Positions 26,448-35,853 of a stretch of DNA of 63,184 nt are shown here, in pieces. Made by a program: the position numbers and the translations under genes. Positions within the stretch are counted from its first letter, which is position 1. Each line of letters opens with the position of its first letter. The notes under the pieces were generated by a model that worked only from the letters and a program-made list of their open reading frames with translations, was not told the origin of the DNA and did no database searches. The stretch is from assembly GCA_964387355.1 (NCBI GenBank), contig CAYLWJ010000104.1:1-63184 (forward strand). The letters are read 5' to 3'. The stretch comes from an uncultured Actinomycetota bacterium (GTDB taxonomy: Bacteria > Actinomycetota > Humimicrobiia > Humimicrobiales > Humimicrobiaceae).

Positions 26448-27713
26448 TTGGATAACAATAAGGACTTAAAAAAACTATTTAAGTGGGATGAAGATGAAGC
26501 AGTTGAGCAGCAAGAGACGCAGAAAAAGCAGGAAGACAGCGAAGTACAAAAAAGAAAAGTCAGTAAAAAGGTTTTAAAACGCCTTGAAAAAGAAAAAGAA
26601 AAACAAAGGAAAAAAGGAATTCTTGAAGAAAATAAAAAATCAAAAATTACAAAAAAAGGAAAGGTAATAATTATTGCAGTTTCTAGTGTTATTATTTTAG
26701 GTATAGTTTTTTGGTTATTATTTGGTTATTTTGGAATTGGTTTTGATTTAACAAGGACGCTTGCCAAAGTTGATGATCTAAAAGTTACTGAAAAAGAGCT
26801 TATGACATATTTAGATTTTTTAAAAAACCAGAATGAAAGCTCTGTTCCTGAAAAAAGTAATCCACAATATGACGTTTTAAGGCAGAATTTGTTAGATTCA
26901 ATAATTGTATTAAAGCTTATACAAAAGTATGGCAAAAATAATGGTTTTGTTATAACTGATAAAGATATTGATGATGAGCTTGCAAAATTAAAATCCAATT
27001 ATAAATCTGAGGATGAATTTATAAAAGAATTAAAAACAAATAAAATTACAATTAATTTTTTAGAGAGTCAAATTAAAAATCAGCTTTTAAGAGATAAAAT
27101 TTTTGCAAAAGTTACGAAAAATATAAATGTTAGCGATGAAGAAGTAAAAAAATATTATGATGATAATAAAGAAACTTTATTTACTGTTCCAGAACAGATA
27201 AAAGTTAGCCATATTTTAATAAAATTTACTGTCCCGGAAGGTCAGCAGCTAACAGATGAAATTAAAAATCAAGCAAAGGCTAAAATTGAAGATATTCAAA
27301 ATCAATTGAAAAATGGTGCAAGATTTGAAGAGCTAGCAAAAAAATACTCTGAAGATACAGTTAGCGGACCTCAAGGTGGGGATATTGGATTTATAAGCAA
27401 GGGGCAAACAATTGCAGAATTTGAAAATGTAGCTTTTGCTTTACAAGTTGGTCAGGTAAGTGACATAGTTCAGACAAGTTATGGATTTCATTTGATAAAG
27501 GTAACTGATAAAAAAGAATCTTATATAAAAAGTTTTGAAGAAGTAAAAGAAACTATAAAATCCTATTTAATTAATACAAAACAGATGAAAGCGTGGGAAG
27601 ATTTTGTTTATAATCTTATAAAGCAAGCAAAAATTGTTTACACCACAGATTTAAAAGGTAAGTTAACTGATTTAGATAAATTACAACAAAAAACTGAAAT
27701 TACAAACAAGTAA
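26448..27713 (+). CDS. membrane-anchored parvulin-type peptidyl-prolyl isomerase (PrsA/SurA-like)
   Basis: A charged N-terminus, one TM helix, a SurA-N-like helical region and the parvulin domain 'VSHILIKF...GGDIGFISKGQTIAEFENVAF...SYGFHLIKV'. Confidence 0.8.
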   Translation: MDNNKDLKKLFKWDEDEAVEQQETQKKQEDSEVQKRKVSKKVLKRLEKEKEKQRKKGILEENKKSKITKKGKVIIIAVSSVIILGIVFWLLFGYFGIGFDLTRTLAKVDDLKVTEKELMTYLDFLKNQNESSVPEKSNPQYDVLRQNLLDSIIVLKLIQKYGKNNGFVITDKDIDDELAKLKSNYKSEDEFIKELKTNKITINFLESQIKNQLLRDKIFAKVTKNINVSDEEVKKYYDDNKETLFTVPEQIKVSHILIKFTVPEGQQLTDEIKNQAKAKIEDIQNQLKNGARFEELAKKYSEDTVSGPQGGDIGFISKGQTIAEFENVAFALQVGQVSDIVQTSYGFHLIKVTDKKESYIKSFEEVKETIKSYLINTKQMKAWEDFVYNLIKQAKIVYTTDLKGKLTDLDKLQQKTEITNK

Positions 27714-27742
27714 TCAAAGTACAAGCAGTACTCAAAGCGAGA

Positions 27743-28741
27743 GTGCAGTACAAAATGGTAAATAATTCAAATAATTCAGAAGTGCAGCAAGAAAAGTTAA
27801 AACTTAATTTAGATAATTTAGACAATTTAAAAAGTTTAAACAGTTTAGATAGATTAGATAATTTAGCTAACAATGACTTAAATAAATTAGTTATCGATGA
27901 GTTTAAAACTGGTGAACTTTTTAAAGTTCTTACCTTTATTATGGAAAAACTTAGGTCAGATAATGGCTGTATTTGGGATAAAGAACAAACTCATCAGTCT
28001 ATAAAAAGAAATTTAATTGAGGAAGCTTATGAAGCGGTTGAATCAATTGAGGAAAATAATTATGAAAATCTAAAAGAGGAAATGGGTGACCTGCTCCTTC
28101 AAGTAGTGTTTCATTCACAGATAGCTAAAGAAGAGCAAAAATTCAATATTGATGATGTATTAAAAACAATAATTAAAAAACTCATTAGAAGACATCCACA
28201 TGTTTTCGGCAATTTAGAAGTAAATAGCAGTAAAGAAATTTTGTCAAATTGGGAAGAAATAAAAAAAGAAGAAAGAAAGCAGAAAAGAGACAATTCTAAT
28301 AATTCTAATAATAAATCAATTTTTTCAAATATCCCAAAGACATTGCCTTCACTTCATTTAGCACATGAAATTCAAAGTCGTGCAGCAAGGTTTGATTTTG
28401 ATTGGGAAAATGCACAGGAGGTTTTTGATAAAGTTAATGAGGAAGTTTTAGAATTAAATAAGGTTTTTAAAGAATTTAAAGATAATACTTTTGAAAATAA
28501 CAGTTTACAAAACAAATTAAAAGATGAAATAGGTGACCTGCTTTTTAGTATAGTTAATTTATGTAGGCATTTAAAAATTGATGCTGAACAATGTTTAAAA
28601 GATAATTGTAAAAAATTTATTTCAAGATTTGATTATATGCAGCAATATTCAGAAAAAAATAACATTGATTTTAAGAAATTACCACTTAAAGAAAAAGATA
28701 AAATTTGGAAAATAGCTAAAAAAATAGTAGATTATGAATAG
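27743..28741 (+). CDS. mazG: nucleoside triphosphate pyrophosphohydrolase MazG (tandem MazG domains) with a low-complexity N-terminal extension
   Basis: 'CIWDKEQTHQSIKRNLIEEAYEAVESIE...EEMGDLLLQVVFHSQIA' and a second 'EEVLEL...DEIGDLLFSIVNLCRHL'. An alternative ATG start is at 27755. Confidence 0.85.
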   Translation: MQYKMVNNSNNSEVQQEKLKLNLDNLDNLKSLNSLDRLDNLANNDLNKLVIDEFKTGELFKVLTFIMEKLRSDNGCIWDKEQTHQSIKRNLIEEAYEAVESIEENNYENLKEEMGDLLLQVVFHSQIAKEEQKFNIDDVLKTIIKKLIRRHPHVFGNLEVNSSKEILSNWEEIKKEERKQKRDNSNNSNNKSIFSNIPKTLPSLHLAHEIQSRAARFDFDWENAQEVFDKVNEEVLELNKVFKEFKDNTFENNSLQNKLKDEIGDLLFSIVNLCRHLKIDAEQCLKDNCKKFISRFDYMQQYSEKNNIDFKKLPLKEKDKIWKIAKKIVDYE

Positions 28742-28772
28742 ATTATAAGTAAAAAGATAAAAATAGTAGGTT

Positions 28773-29297
28773 ATGAGTAATAAGTTTAGGGAAGTTGGCG
28801 GATTAAGCAGAAAAACAAAATTTAATATTTTTATAGCGGTATTTTTAGTTTTTATAATAATTGCAGTTTTAGCATCTTTAAATCAAATTATCAATATTGT
28901 AAGAGCTAAAGAGAAAATTCTTGAGCTTGAAGAAAAATTAAATTATGAAAGGCAAAAAAACATTAAGCTATTGGCAGAAGAAAAATCCTTATACAGTTTA
29001 GATGCAATTGAACTTGAAGCAAGAAAACAATTTAACATGGCTAAATCCGAGGAAACTAATTATTTTATTGATTTAAAAAATAATGAAAATAATGGTGAAG
29101 AAAATAATAATGATAAAAATAAAAATGTAAATAATAATGAAAATAAAAATGTGAATAATAATATAGGCGGCAATTCAAATATTTTAGATGATTCTTTAAA
29201 AACTAATAATGGTTATTTGCTTTCAACAAAATATAAAGATGGCGATTTATGGGAAAATCTTAAAATTTTTTACGAAAGCGAGATTAAAAATAAATGA
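28773..29297 (+). CDS. septum formation initiator family protein (FtsB/DivIC-like) with an Asn-rich tail
   Basis: A single TM helix, then the coiled coil 'ILELEEKLNYERQKNIKLLAEEKSL...IELEARKQFNMAKSEE'. The C-terminal half is NNNxN low complexity. Confidence 0.7.
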   Translation: MSNKFREVGGLSRKTKFNIFIAVFLVFIIIAVLASLNQIINIVRAKEKILELEEKLNYERQKNIKLLAEEKSLYSLDAIELEARKQFNMAKSEETNYFIDLKNNENNGEENNNDKNKNVNNNENKNVNNNIGGNSNILDDSLKTNNGYLLSTKYKDGDLWENLKIFYESEIKNK

Positions 29298-30244
29298 TGG
29301 TTGCAGCTATTGATGTTGGTACAAACTCGACTCGTCTCTTAATTTGCAGTGTAACTCCAATTTTTAATAAAGAACCTTTAATTATCCCTCAAGTAAGAGA
29401 AATGTGCATAACAAGACTTGGTAAGAATATTAGTTTTAGTGGTGAAATATCTAAAACCTCAGCAGATAAAACAATTAAAGTTTTAAATAATTATTTAAAA
29501 ATAATAAATGATTATAATGTTCAGAGGTTTAAAGCTGTTGGAACTAAGGTATTAAGAAGTGCTAAAAACTCACTATGGTTTATTAATAAAGTTTTTAATG
29601 AACTTCAAATAAATATTGAAGTTATAAGTGAGATACAAGAGGCAAGTTTAAGTTTTATTGGTGCAGTTAAAAATTTAAATAAAAATTTTTTAGATAAATT
29701 AGGGGAGACAAAAAACGTTCTTGTTATTGATATTGGAGGTGGAAGTACCGAATTTGTGATAGGCAATTTAAACGGAGAAGTTTTTTATGTAAATAGTATC
29801 CCTATTGGTTCAGTAACTGTTTCTGAACTTTTTTTAAATGAAGAAAAACCAAACACAGATAAACTTTTAGAAATGTCCCAATATATTGAAAGAAATCTAA
29901 GAACCGTTATTAATGAAGTAAAAGAATTTAATTTTTCATGTATTTTGGGGCTTGCCGGAACAATTTCTACTCTTGCAGCAGTTGACTTAAAATTAAAGAA
30001 GTATGATAGAGAAAGGCTGAATGGTTATATTTTGTTTTATGAAAAAATAATTGAAATTCAAAATCTTTTTTGCTCGACCAATTTAGAAAAGAGAAGGAAA
30101 ATTGCTGGCTTAGAAAAAGAAAGAGCTGATATTATTATCGGGGGAACTCAGATAGTAATAAAAATATTAGAATTGCTTAATGAGAAAAAAATTTTTGTAA
30201 GTGAAAATGATATTCTTGATGGAATTATTTACAGTATAATTTAA
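29294..30244 (+). CDS. Ppx/GppA-family phosphatase (N-terminal ASKHA domains only)
   Basis: 'AAIDVGTNSTRLLI', 'VIDIGGGSTEF' and 'GLAGTISTLAA' actin-like ATPase motifs typical of exopolyphosphatase/GppA. The start overlaps the previous stop (ATGA). Confidence 0.8.
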   Translation: MMVAAIDVGTNSTRLLICSVTPIFNKEPLIIPQVREMCITRLGKNISFSGEISKTSADKTIKVLNNYLKIINDYNVQRFKAVGTKVLRSAKNSLWFINKVFNELQINIEVISEIQEASLSFIGAVKNLNKNFLDKLGETKNVLVIDIGGGSTEFVIGNLNGEVFYVNSIPIGSVTVSELFLNEEKPNTDKLLEMSQYIERNLRTVINEVKEFNFSCILGLAGTISTLAAVDLKLKKYDRERLNGYILFYEKIIEIQNLFCSTNLEKRRKIAGLEKERADIIIGGTQIVIKILELLNEKKIFVSENDILDGIIYSII

Positions 30245-30320
30245 ATTTGTTAAAATAAATAAACTTTTAATTTTAATTTTTATAAATTTGCTATTTATTT
30301 GTATTTGCCATTAAATAAAC

Positions 30321-30408
30321 GCCCGAGTGGCGGAATAGGTAGACGCAACGGACTTAAAATCCGTTGAGGATTTTCCTCGTGTCAGTTCGATTCTGACCTC
30401 GGGCACCA
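30321..30408 (+). tRNA. tRNA-Leu (anticodon UAA), CCA encoded
   Basis: Acceptor stem GCCCGAG/CTCGGGC. Anticodon stem ACGGA/TCCGT with loop CT-TAA-AA. Long variable arm GAGGATTTTCCTC (class II). T-arm GTCAG-TTCGATT-CTGAC, discriminator A, then CCA. Confidence 0.93.
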
Positions 30409-30524
30409 CTTTTCTTTTTAATATTAAAAATATTAGAAAAAATTTTTAAGAATATAATTTTAAATTAACCAATAGAATATAATTTTAAATTAGCTAATTT
30501 AAGTTAATTTAACAAGGATTTATA

Positions 30525-30830
30525 ATGATAATAGTAAATGTTTATGTTTCTGTTAAACCAGAATATATCCAAGATTTTAAACTAGCTACCATTGAAAATG
30601 CTAAAAACAGTATTAAAGAGCCAGGAGTTATAAGGTTTGATTTTGTTCAACAAGAAGATGAGCCATCTAATTTTTTATTAATTGAAATTTATAAAAATGA
30701 AGATGCAATTTTAGCTCATAAGCAAACTTCACATTATTTAAAATGGAAAGAAACGGTTGAAAATATGATGGCCCAACCTCGTAAAAGTGTAAAATACCAT
30801 GCTGTTTATCCCGATAATGCAAAATGGTAA
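30525..30830 (+). CDS. antibiotic-biosynthesis-monooxygenase (ABM) family protein
   Basis: 101 aa. The 'VKPEYIQDFKLATIENAKNSIKEPGVIRFDFVQ...FLLIEIYKNEDAILAHKQTSHYLKW' pattern is a ferredoxin-like ABM/YgiN fold. Confidence 0.7.
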   Translation: MIIVNVYVSVKPEYIQDFKLATIENAKNSIKEPGVIRFDFVQQEDEPSNFLLIEIYKNEDAILAHKQTSHYLKWKETVENMMAQPRKSVKYHAVYPDNAKW

Positions 30831-30874
30831 CTTTTGTAAATTTTTACTAATTTTTTTATTTTAATTAAATTTTT

Positions 30875-31222
30875 TTAATTAAATTTTTTTCTTAATTCTC
30901 TTAATTTAGAATTAAGATCGTCTTTTGGTCTTCTGTCGTAATTTGTATTTCTATTGCCCTTTTGGAAATTTCTGCTTTTCATTTCTTTTGCTTCATTTAC
31001 AACAATTGTTCTATTTTTAAATGAAGTCTGGTTTAATTTTTCCATTGCATTTTTTGCAGCTTCTTCAGTTTCCATCTCAACGAATCCAAATCCTCTTGGT
31101 CTGCCGTCGGCGCCATTAATAACTCTAGCATTAGTAACTGTACCAAAATCAGCAAAGAGTGCTGCTAATTCTTCTTCAGTTGTAGAGTATTCAAGATTAC
31201 CTACATATAGTTTTTTGTTCAC
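30875..31222 (-). CDS. RRM-domain RNA-binding protein
   Basis: RNP2 'KLYVGNL' and RNP1 'RGFGFVEM' motifs, followed by a basic C-terminal tail. Confidence 0.85.
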   Translation of the reverse strand: MNKKLYVGNLEYSTTEEELAALFADFGTVTNARVINGADGRPRGFGFVEMETEEAAKNAMEKLNQTSFKNRTIVVNEAKEMKSRNFQKGNRNTNYDRRPKDDLNSKLRELRKKFN

Positions 31223-31813
31223 TTTTTCCCTTTCTTTTTGTTTTTAATGATGCTTTTAATTATATTTTTAATTATATTTTTAATGATTGCCTATTGTTAG
31301 CTTAAAGCAGTATTGTCATAATTTTAAATTGATTTTGCAAAGAAGCTTAAAAACTCAAAAAAATAAGCTGTTTTTTTGCTTTATTTTTTGTTGGCAGAAT
31401 ATTTCAGAATTATTTAGGCTGGTGGTTTAAATTGGGCTTTCTTTGCAGCAATCTTTAGCTTAAGAGTAAATGGTTTTAGAAATATTTTTCTCGCAAATAT
31501 TAACTTTTAATTATTTCACCTGTTTTTTTCTTTTTTGCTAAACCCCGTTAAATTATAAAATTATATATTAAAAATATTGTTAAACTAACTTGTTAATATC
31601 TTATTAAATATTTAACTTTTAAGCTAGCTAATTAAGTTTGCGCACTGCTCGTAAAAAACAAAATAAAATATAAAAAATAAAATATAAAAATAAAACTATC
31701 ATAAAACAAATTACACACATTTTATATTAACTTATCAAAAATAACAAATAAAAAAATAAAAAATTTTTAGAGCAAGAATAAAAATTATAATTTCTAAGAG
31801 CAATAATTTATAA

Positions 31814-32722
31814 CTATAAATTTAAGTTTTTAATTAAAGTAGGTACATGTTTTTCCCATCCAAGAGCTTGAATATGTACCCCAGCGCAAATTGGCTTAAT
31901 TTTTGTTATTAAATCGTATAATATTTCAAGACACATTGAAACTTTGTCATTTGTATTTGCCATTTTGTCAATTATCCTTTTAGGGACAAAAATGCCAGGA
32001 ACATTTTTATTCATATAGTTAGCCATTTTTTCTGATTTTAGTAATATTACCCCAATCATTACAGGTACTTTTATGTTTAATTTATCAATTTTTTCCATAA
32101 ACTTTTCTACTACAGCATCATCAAAAACTGCTTGAGTCTGAAAAAACTCTGCACCTGCCTCTATCTTTTTTTGCATTTTTATAAGTTGAAGATTTAACGA
32201 AGCTTCTGTATCTGCTCCAGGATTTACAACTGCACCTTTAAAAAATGAAGGTTTTCCTTTTAATTCATTTCCCACTAAATCATAACCTTCTTCAAGCTTG
32301 CTAATTGTATATAATAATGATACAGAATCCAAGTCATAAACAGGCTTTGCCTGTGGATGATCACCAACTGTTACATGGTCACCAGTTAAGGATAAAATAT
32401 TTCTAATACCTAAAACATAAGCACTTAAAATGTCTGACTGCAGTGCTAGCCTATTTCTGTCTCTACATGTTACTTGAAAAACAGGGTCATGGCCTAAGTC
32501 TTTTAAGATATGACAAGTTGTAAGAGAACCAAGTCTCATAACAGAGCTTTGCAAATCAGTTACATTGATTCCATTTACTAGTCCGGCTAGCATTTCAGCA
32601 GTTTCATAAATCTCTTTAGTATCAGTTCCTTTTGGTGGACCAATTTCACAAGTTACTGCAAAGTCTCCTTTTAATAAAGCCTCCTTTAAAGAAGGTTTTT
32701 TATTTATAGCTTGCTCAGACAT
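31814..32722 (-). CDS. metF: 5,10-methylenetetrahydrofolate reductase
   Basis: 302 aa. 'CEIGPPKG', 'NVTD', 'CRDRNRLALQSDIL...GIRNILSLTGD' and 'FFQTQAVFD' are MetF TIM-barrel motifs. The SD is ggaggg. Confidence 0.85.
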   Translation of the reverse strand: MSEQAINKKPSLKEALLKGDFAVTCEIGPPKGTDTKEIYETAEMLAGLVNGINVTDLQSSVMRLGSLTTCHILKDLGHDPVFQVTCRDRNRLALQSDILSAYVLGIRNILSLTGDHVTVGDHPQAKPVYDLDSVSLLYTISKLEEGYDLVGNELKGKPSFFKGAVVNPGADTEASLNLQLIKMQKKIEAGAEFFQTQAVFDDAVVEKFMEKIDKLNIKVPVMIGVILLKSEKMANYMNKNVPGIFVPKRIIDKMANTNDKVSMCLEILYDLITKIKPICAGVHIQALGWEKHVPTLIKNLNL

Positions 32723-32953
32723 TTACCCTCCTAATGTAATTGATTGTTATTAACTATTTTTTCGTTGTTATTATTTTATTATTATTTATTATTATTATTA
32801 TAATTGTTGTTGTTTATTGTTGCTTATAATCTATTTGTTTTTTATTTGTTTTTGTTATTTTATACCTATTTTATACCTAGTTTTTTAAAATGTTTTTTTA
32901 TTATTTTTATATTTTTATAGCATTTTTATAATATTTTTATAAATTTTTGAAGT

Positions 32954-33613
32954 TTATTCTATAAAACCAAGTTTTTTTAGCTGTTTGTTTTCACCAATTA
33001 AAACAACTATATCATCAGGTTGAAATCTATAATTTACATCTGGAGGAATTTTTATTTCATTTTTACTATTTTTAACAGCTATTACTGTAATTCCATATTT
33101 ATGTCTTAAATTTAGCTCAACTAAATTTTGACCAACTAGTATTTTTGGGCAAACAATTTCTACAATACTTACATCAGGACCTATTTCTAAAAAGTCTAAA
33201 ATATTTGCACTAACTAAATTTTTAGCAACTCTTTCTCCCATTTCTTTTTCAGGATATACGATTATATCTGCACCAACTTTTGAAAGAATTCTTCCTTGTG
33301 TCTGAGTACCAGCTTTTGCAATTATTTTTTTTGCTCCTTTTTCCTTTAAAATTAATGTGGAAAGAATAGAGTTTTGTATGTATTTTTCCCCAATAGCTAC
33401 AATAACTGCATCAAAGTCTCTTACATTTAAAGATTCGATTATTTCTGCATCTGTTGCATTGCATTTCATAGCATCAGTAATTTCTGCTGCTACACGTTGG
33501 ATTCTTTCTTCAGAATTATCTAGTCCTATAACGCTATGACCACTTTTTGTTAAAGTTCTTGCAACACTTGCACCAAATCTCCCTAAACCTATAACTAAAA
33601 ATTGTTTTTTCAT
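32954..33613 (-). CDS. ktrA: TrkA/KtrA-type potassium uptake regulatory subunit (RCK_N + RCK_C)
   Basis: 'VIGLGRFGASVA' Rossmann motif and 219-aa KtrA size. It is adjacent to a TrkH/KtrB gene. Confidence 0.8.
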   Translation of the reverse strand: MKKQFLVIGLGRFGASVARTLTKSGHSVIGLDNSEERIQRVAAEITDAMKCNATDAEIIESLNVRDFDAVIVAIGEKYIQNSILSTLILKEKGAKKIIAKAGTQTQGRILSKVGADIIVYPEKEMGERVAKNLVSANILDFLEIGPDVSIVEIVCPKILVGQNLVELNLRHKYGITVIAVKNSKNEIKIPPDVNYRFQPDDIVVLIGENKQLKKLGFIE

Positions 33614-33723
33614 TTTTAATTAATTACTCAATTAATTTATTGTTTAATATATTTTATACTATTATTTAATTATTCTATTGTTTTATTCTATTATTTAATA
33701 TTATTACTCTATTTTTTTAGTTT

Positions 33724-35070
33724 TTATCCTATTGTTGCGCTTTCCTCAGGGCGAACTATCCTATCTTCACTTGTTCGTAATGCTAAAGTTAATGCTAATG
33801 TGCTGATGCCAATTCTACCAATATACATACAAAGTATCAAGATAATCTTGCTTGGTGTTGTTAAACTAAAGGTAATGCCTGTAGTTAAGCCAACTGTGCC
33901 AAATGCAGATGTTACTTCAAATAAAGCCTCAATAAGTGAGCATTTTTCAAATACAAGCAACCCAATTGTTGCAATTAAAATTAACATTATAGCAGTAAAA
34001 GTTATGGTTAAAGCTCTAGAAAATAAATTATTAGGAAGCTTTTTTTTAAACAAAACTACCTGAGTTCTTCCCCTTAATGAGCTTAAAGCACCAGCAGTAA
34101 CAATTGCAAATGTTGTTGTCTTTATACCTCCACCAGTCCCGCCTGGAGATGCTCCAATAAACATTAGAAAAGTTAAAAAAAACAATGTATGTTGCGTAAG
34201 GCTGCCTGTTTTTAAAGTATTAAAACCAGCAGTTCTTGCAGTAACTGCCTGAAAAAAGCTTGAAATAATTTTAGTATCTAAAGGTTTTCCGCATAATGTT
34301 TGGGGATTGTTAAATTCAAAAATAAAAAAAAGGAGAGCGCCTCCAAATATTAATATACCAGTCATGAGAAAAACAATTTTAGCATGTAATGAAAATTTTC
34401 TAATTCTTTTAAAATTGATAATTTCTGCAATAACCGGAAAGCCAATCCCACCAATAATTATTAAAAGCATTATAACTATGTTAACAACAAAATCAGAAGT
34501 AAAACCTTCAAGGTTGTTTGGATATAAAGAAAAACCTGCATTATTAAAAGCACTAACACTGTGAAATAAGCCAAATGTAAAAGCCGATTTTAAAGGATAT
34601 AAATATTTAAAATGTAAAACTAAAAATAAAATAATAAATCCAAAAAACTCAATTATTCCAGTAACCGCTGCTATTGTTGCGAAAAAACGTGTTACTACAA
34701 AAGGCTGTTTTGGACCAAAACTTGATTCTATATAGAATTTATCTTTCATTAAAATTCTTCTTCCAAGTATTAAACCAAAAAGCGAGCCAACTGTCATGAT
34801 TCCAAGCCCACCTAGCTGAATAAGTATTAAAATGAGACTTTTTCCTAAGTCGGTAAAGTAACTAGCAGTATCCTTAACAATAAGACCAGTGACGCATATT
34901 GCAGATGTTGAAGTAAATAAAGCATCTATGAAGCTTATTCTGCCAGCTGTTGTCATTTGCGGAATCATTAATAATAGTGTTCCTGTTAAAATTGAAACTG
35001 CAAATGCTGCAAGGACTTGAACCCCAATTTGTTTTTGTGTTTTTGAAGAGATTATTGGAATTTCTTTCAT
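33724..35070 (-). CDS. ktrB: TrkH/KtrB-type potassium transporter membrane subunit
   Basis: 448-aa polytopic protein with repeated pore-loop glycine motifs (e.g. 'SAICVTGL', 'NAGFSL', 'RTAGFNT', 'FGTVGLTTG'). Confidence 0.85.
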   Translation of the reverse strand: MKEIPIISSKTQKQIGVQVLAAFAVSILTGTLLLMIPQMTTAGRISFIDALFTSTSAICVTGLIVKDTASYFTDLGKSLILILIQLGGLGIMTVGSLFGLILGRRILMKDKFYIESSFGPKQPFVVTRFFATIAAVTGIIEFFGFIILFLVLHFKYLYPLKSAFTFGLFHSVSAFNNAGFSLYPNNLEGFTSDFVVNIVIMLLIIIGGIGFPVIAEIINFKRIRKFSLHAKIVFLMTGILIFGGALLFFIFEFNNPQTLCGKPLDTKIISSFFQAVTARTAGFNTLKTGSLTQHTLFFLTFLMFIGASPGGTGGGIKTTTFAIVTAGALSSLRGRTQVVLFKKKLPNNLFSRALTITFTAIMLILIATIGLLVFEKCSLIEALFEVTSAFGTVGLTTGITFSLTTPSKIILILCMYIGRIGISTLALTLALRTSEDRIVRPEESATIG

Positions 35071-35246
35071 TTTTTAATCTTTTACTTTTTATAAATTAAA
35101 ACATTATAATAATTTTGCCATTTAATATACAATATAAGTGAAAAAATATAAAATAAAATCAAAAAAGATTAAATAGAATAAAATAATTAAAATAAAATTA
35201 GCAATATATTTAAGAATTAGAATAATATATAAAAAAAATTAAATTT

Positions 35247-35720
35247 ATGAAAAGTAAAGATAAAAGTGGCTTTGAAATTATTGAGCATATATCAGATGTT
35301 GGGATAAAAGCATGGTCAGAGAGTCTTAATGGTCTTTTTGAGACTTCTGCTCTTGGCATGTTTTCAATAATCTGTAATATTTCACTTATAAAACCTGTAT
35401 TAAAAAAGAAAATACATTTTAAACAAGATAATGGTTTTAATAGTTATAATTACAATTTAGATGACATACTTATATTGTGGCTGGAAAGATTATTATACTT
35501 ACATGAAGTTAATAAATTGTTGTTTTCATCTTTTGAAGTTTTAAAGTTTGATTTTAAAAAAGATGGTTATAATTTTTTAGCAATGGCTTTTGGGGAGAAA
35601 ATTAATTTGAATTTTCATGAAATCTTTGTATCTATAAAAGCTCCTACATATCATATGCTTGAAGTAAAGAAAGATGAAAAAGAAAATTTATGGTATGCAA
35701 CAGTAATTTTTGATGTTTAA
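35247..35720 (+). CDS. archease (RtcB activator)
   Basis: 'FEIIEHISDVGIKAW' N-terminus and a 'KAPTYHML' C-terminal motif. It lies directly upstream of rtcB. Confidence 0.8.
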   Translation: MKSKDKSGFEIIEHISDVGIKAWSESLNGLFETSALGMFSIICNISLIKPVLKKKIHFKQDNGFNSYNYNLDDILILWLERLLYLHEVNKLLFSSFEVLKFDFKKDGYNFLAMAFGEKINLNFHEIFVSIKAPTYHMLEVKKDEKENLWYATVIFDV

Positions 35721-35853
35721 TATTAGTTATAATTTGAGTTTAGAAGATAAATATAATTAATAAATTAGTGTATTTAAAAATAGATAAGAAAATAAGTGAA
35801 ATTAGATAAAAAATTAAATGAATAAAAATATAAACTTTTTTGGAGGTTTAGAT

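Noticed and set aside
32723-32953. Looked for an S-box (SAM) riboswitch upstream of metF, a T-box/leader upstream of the synthase cluster (37306-37813), a cobalamin riboswitch near the btu genes (606-627, 1684-1819) and a ydaO-type element upstream of ktrB (35071-35246)
   Set aside because: None of these regions contains the GC-rich conserved cores of those families. They are almost pure A/T, and 32760-32870 is essentially C-free on the plus strand. A covariance-model scan would be needed to exclude them formally.
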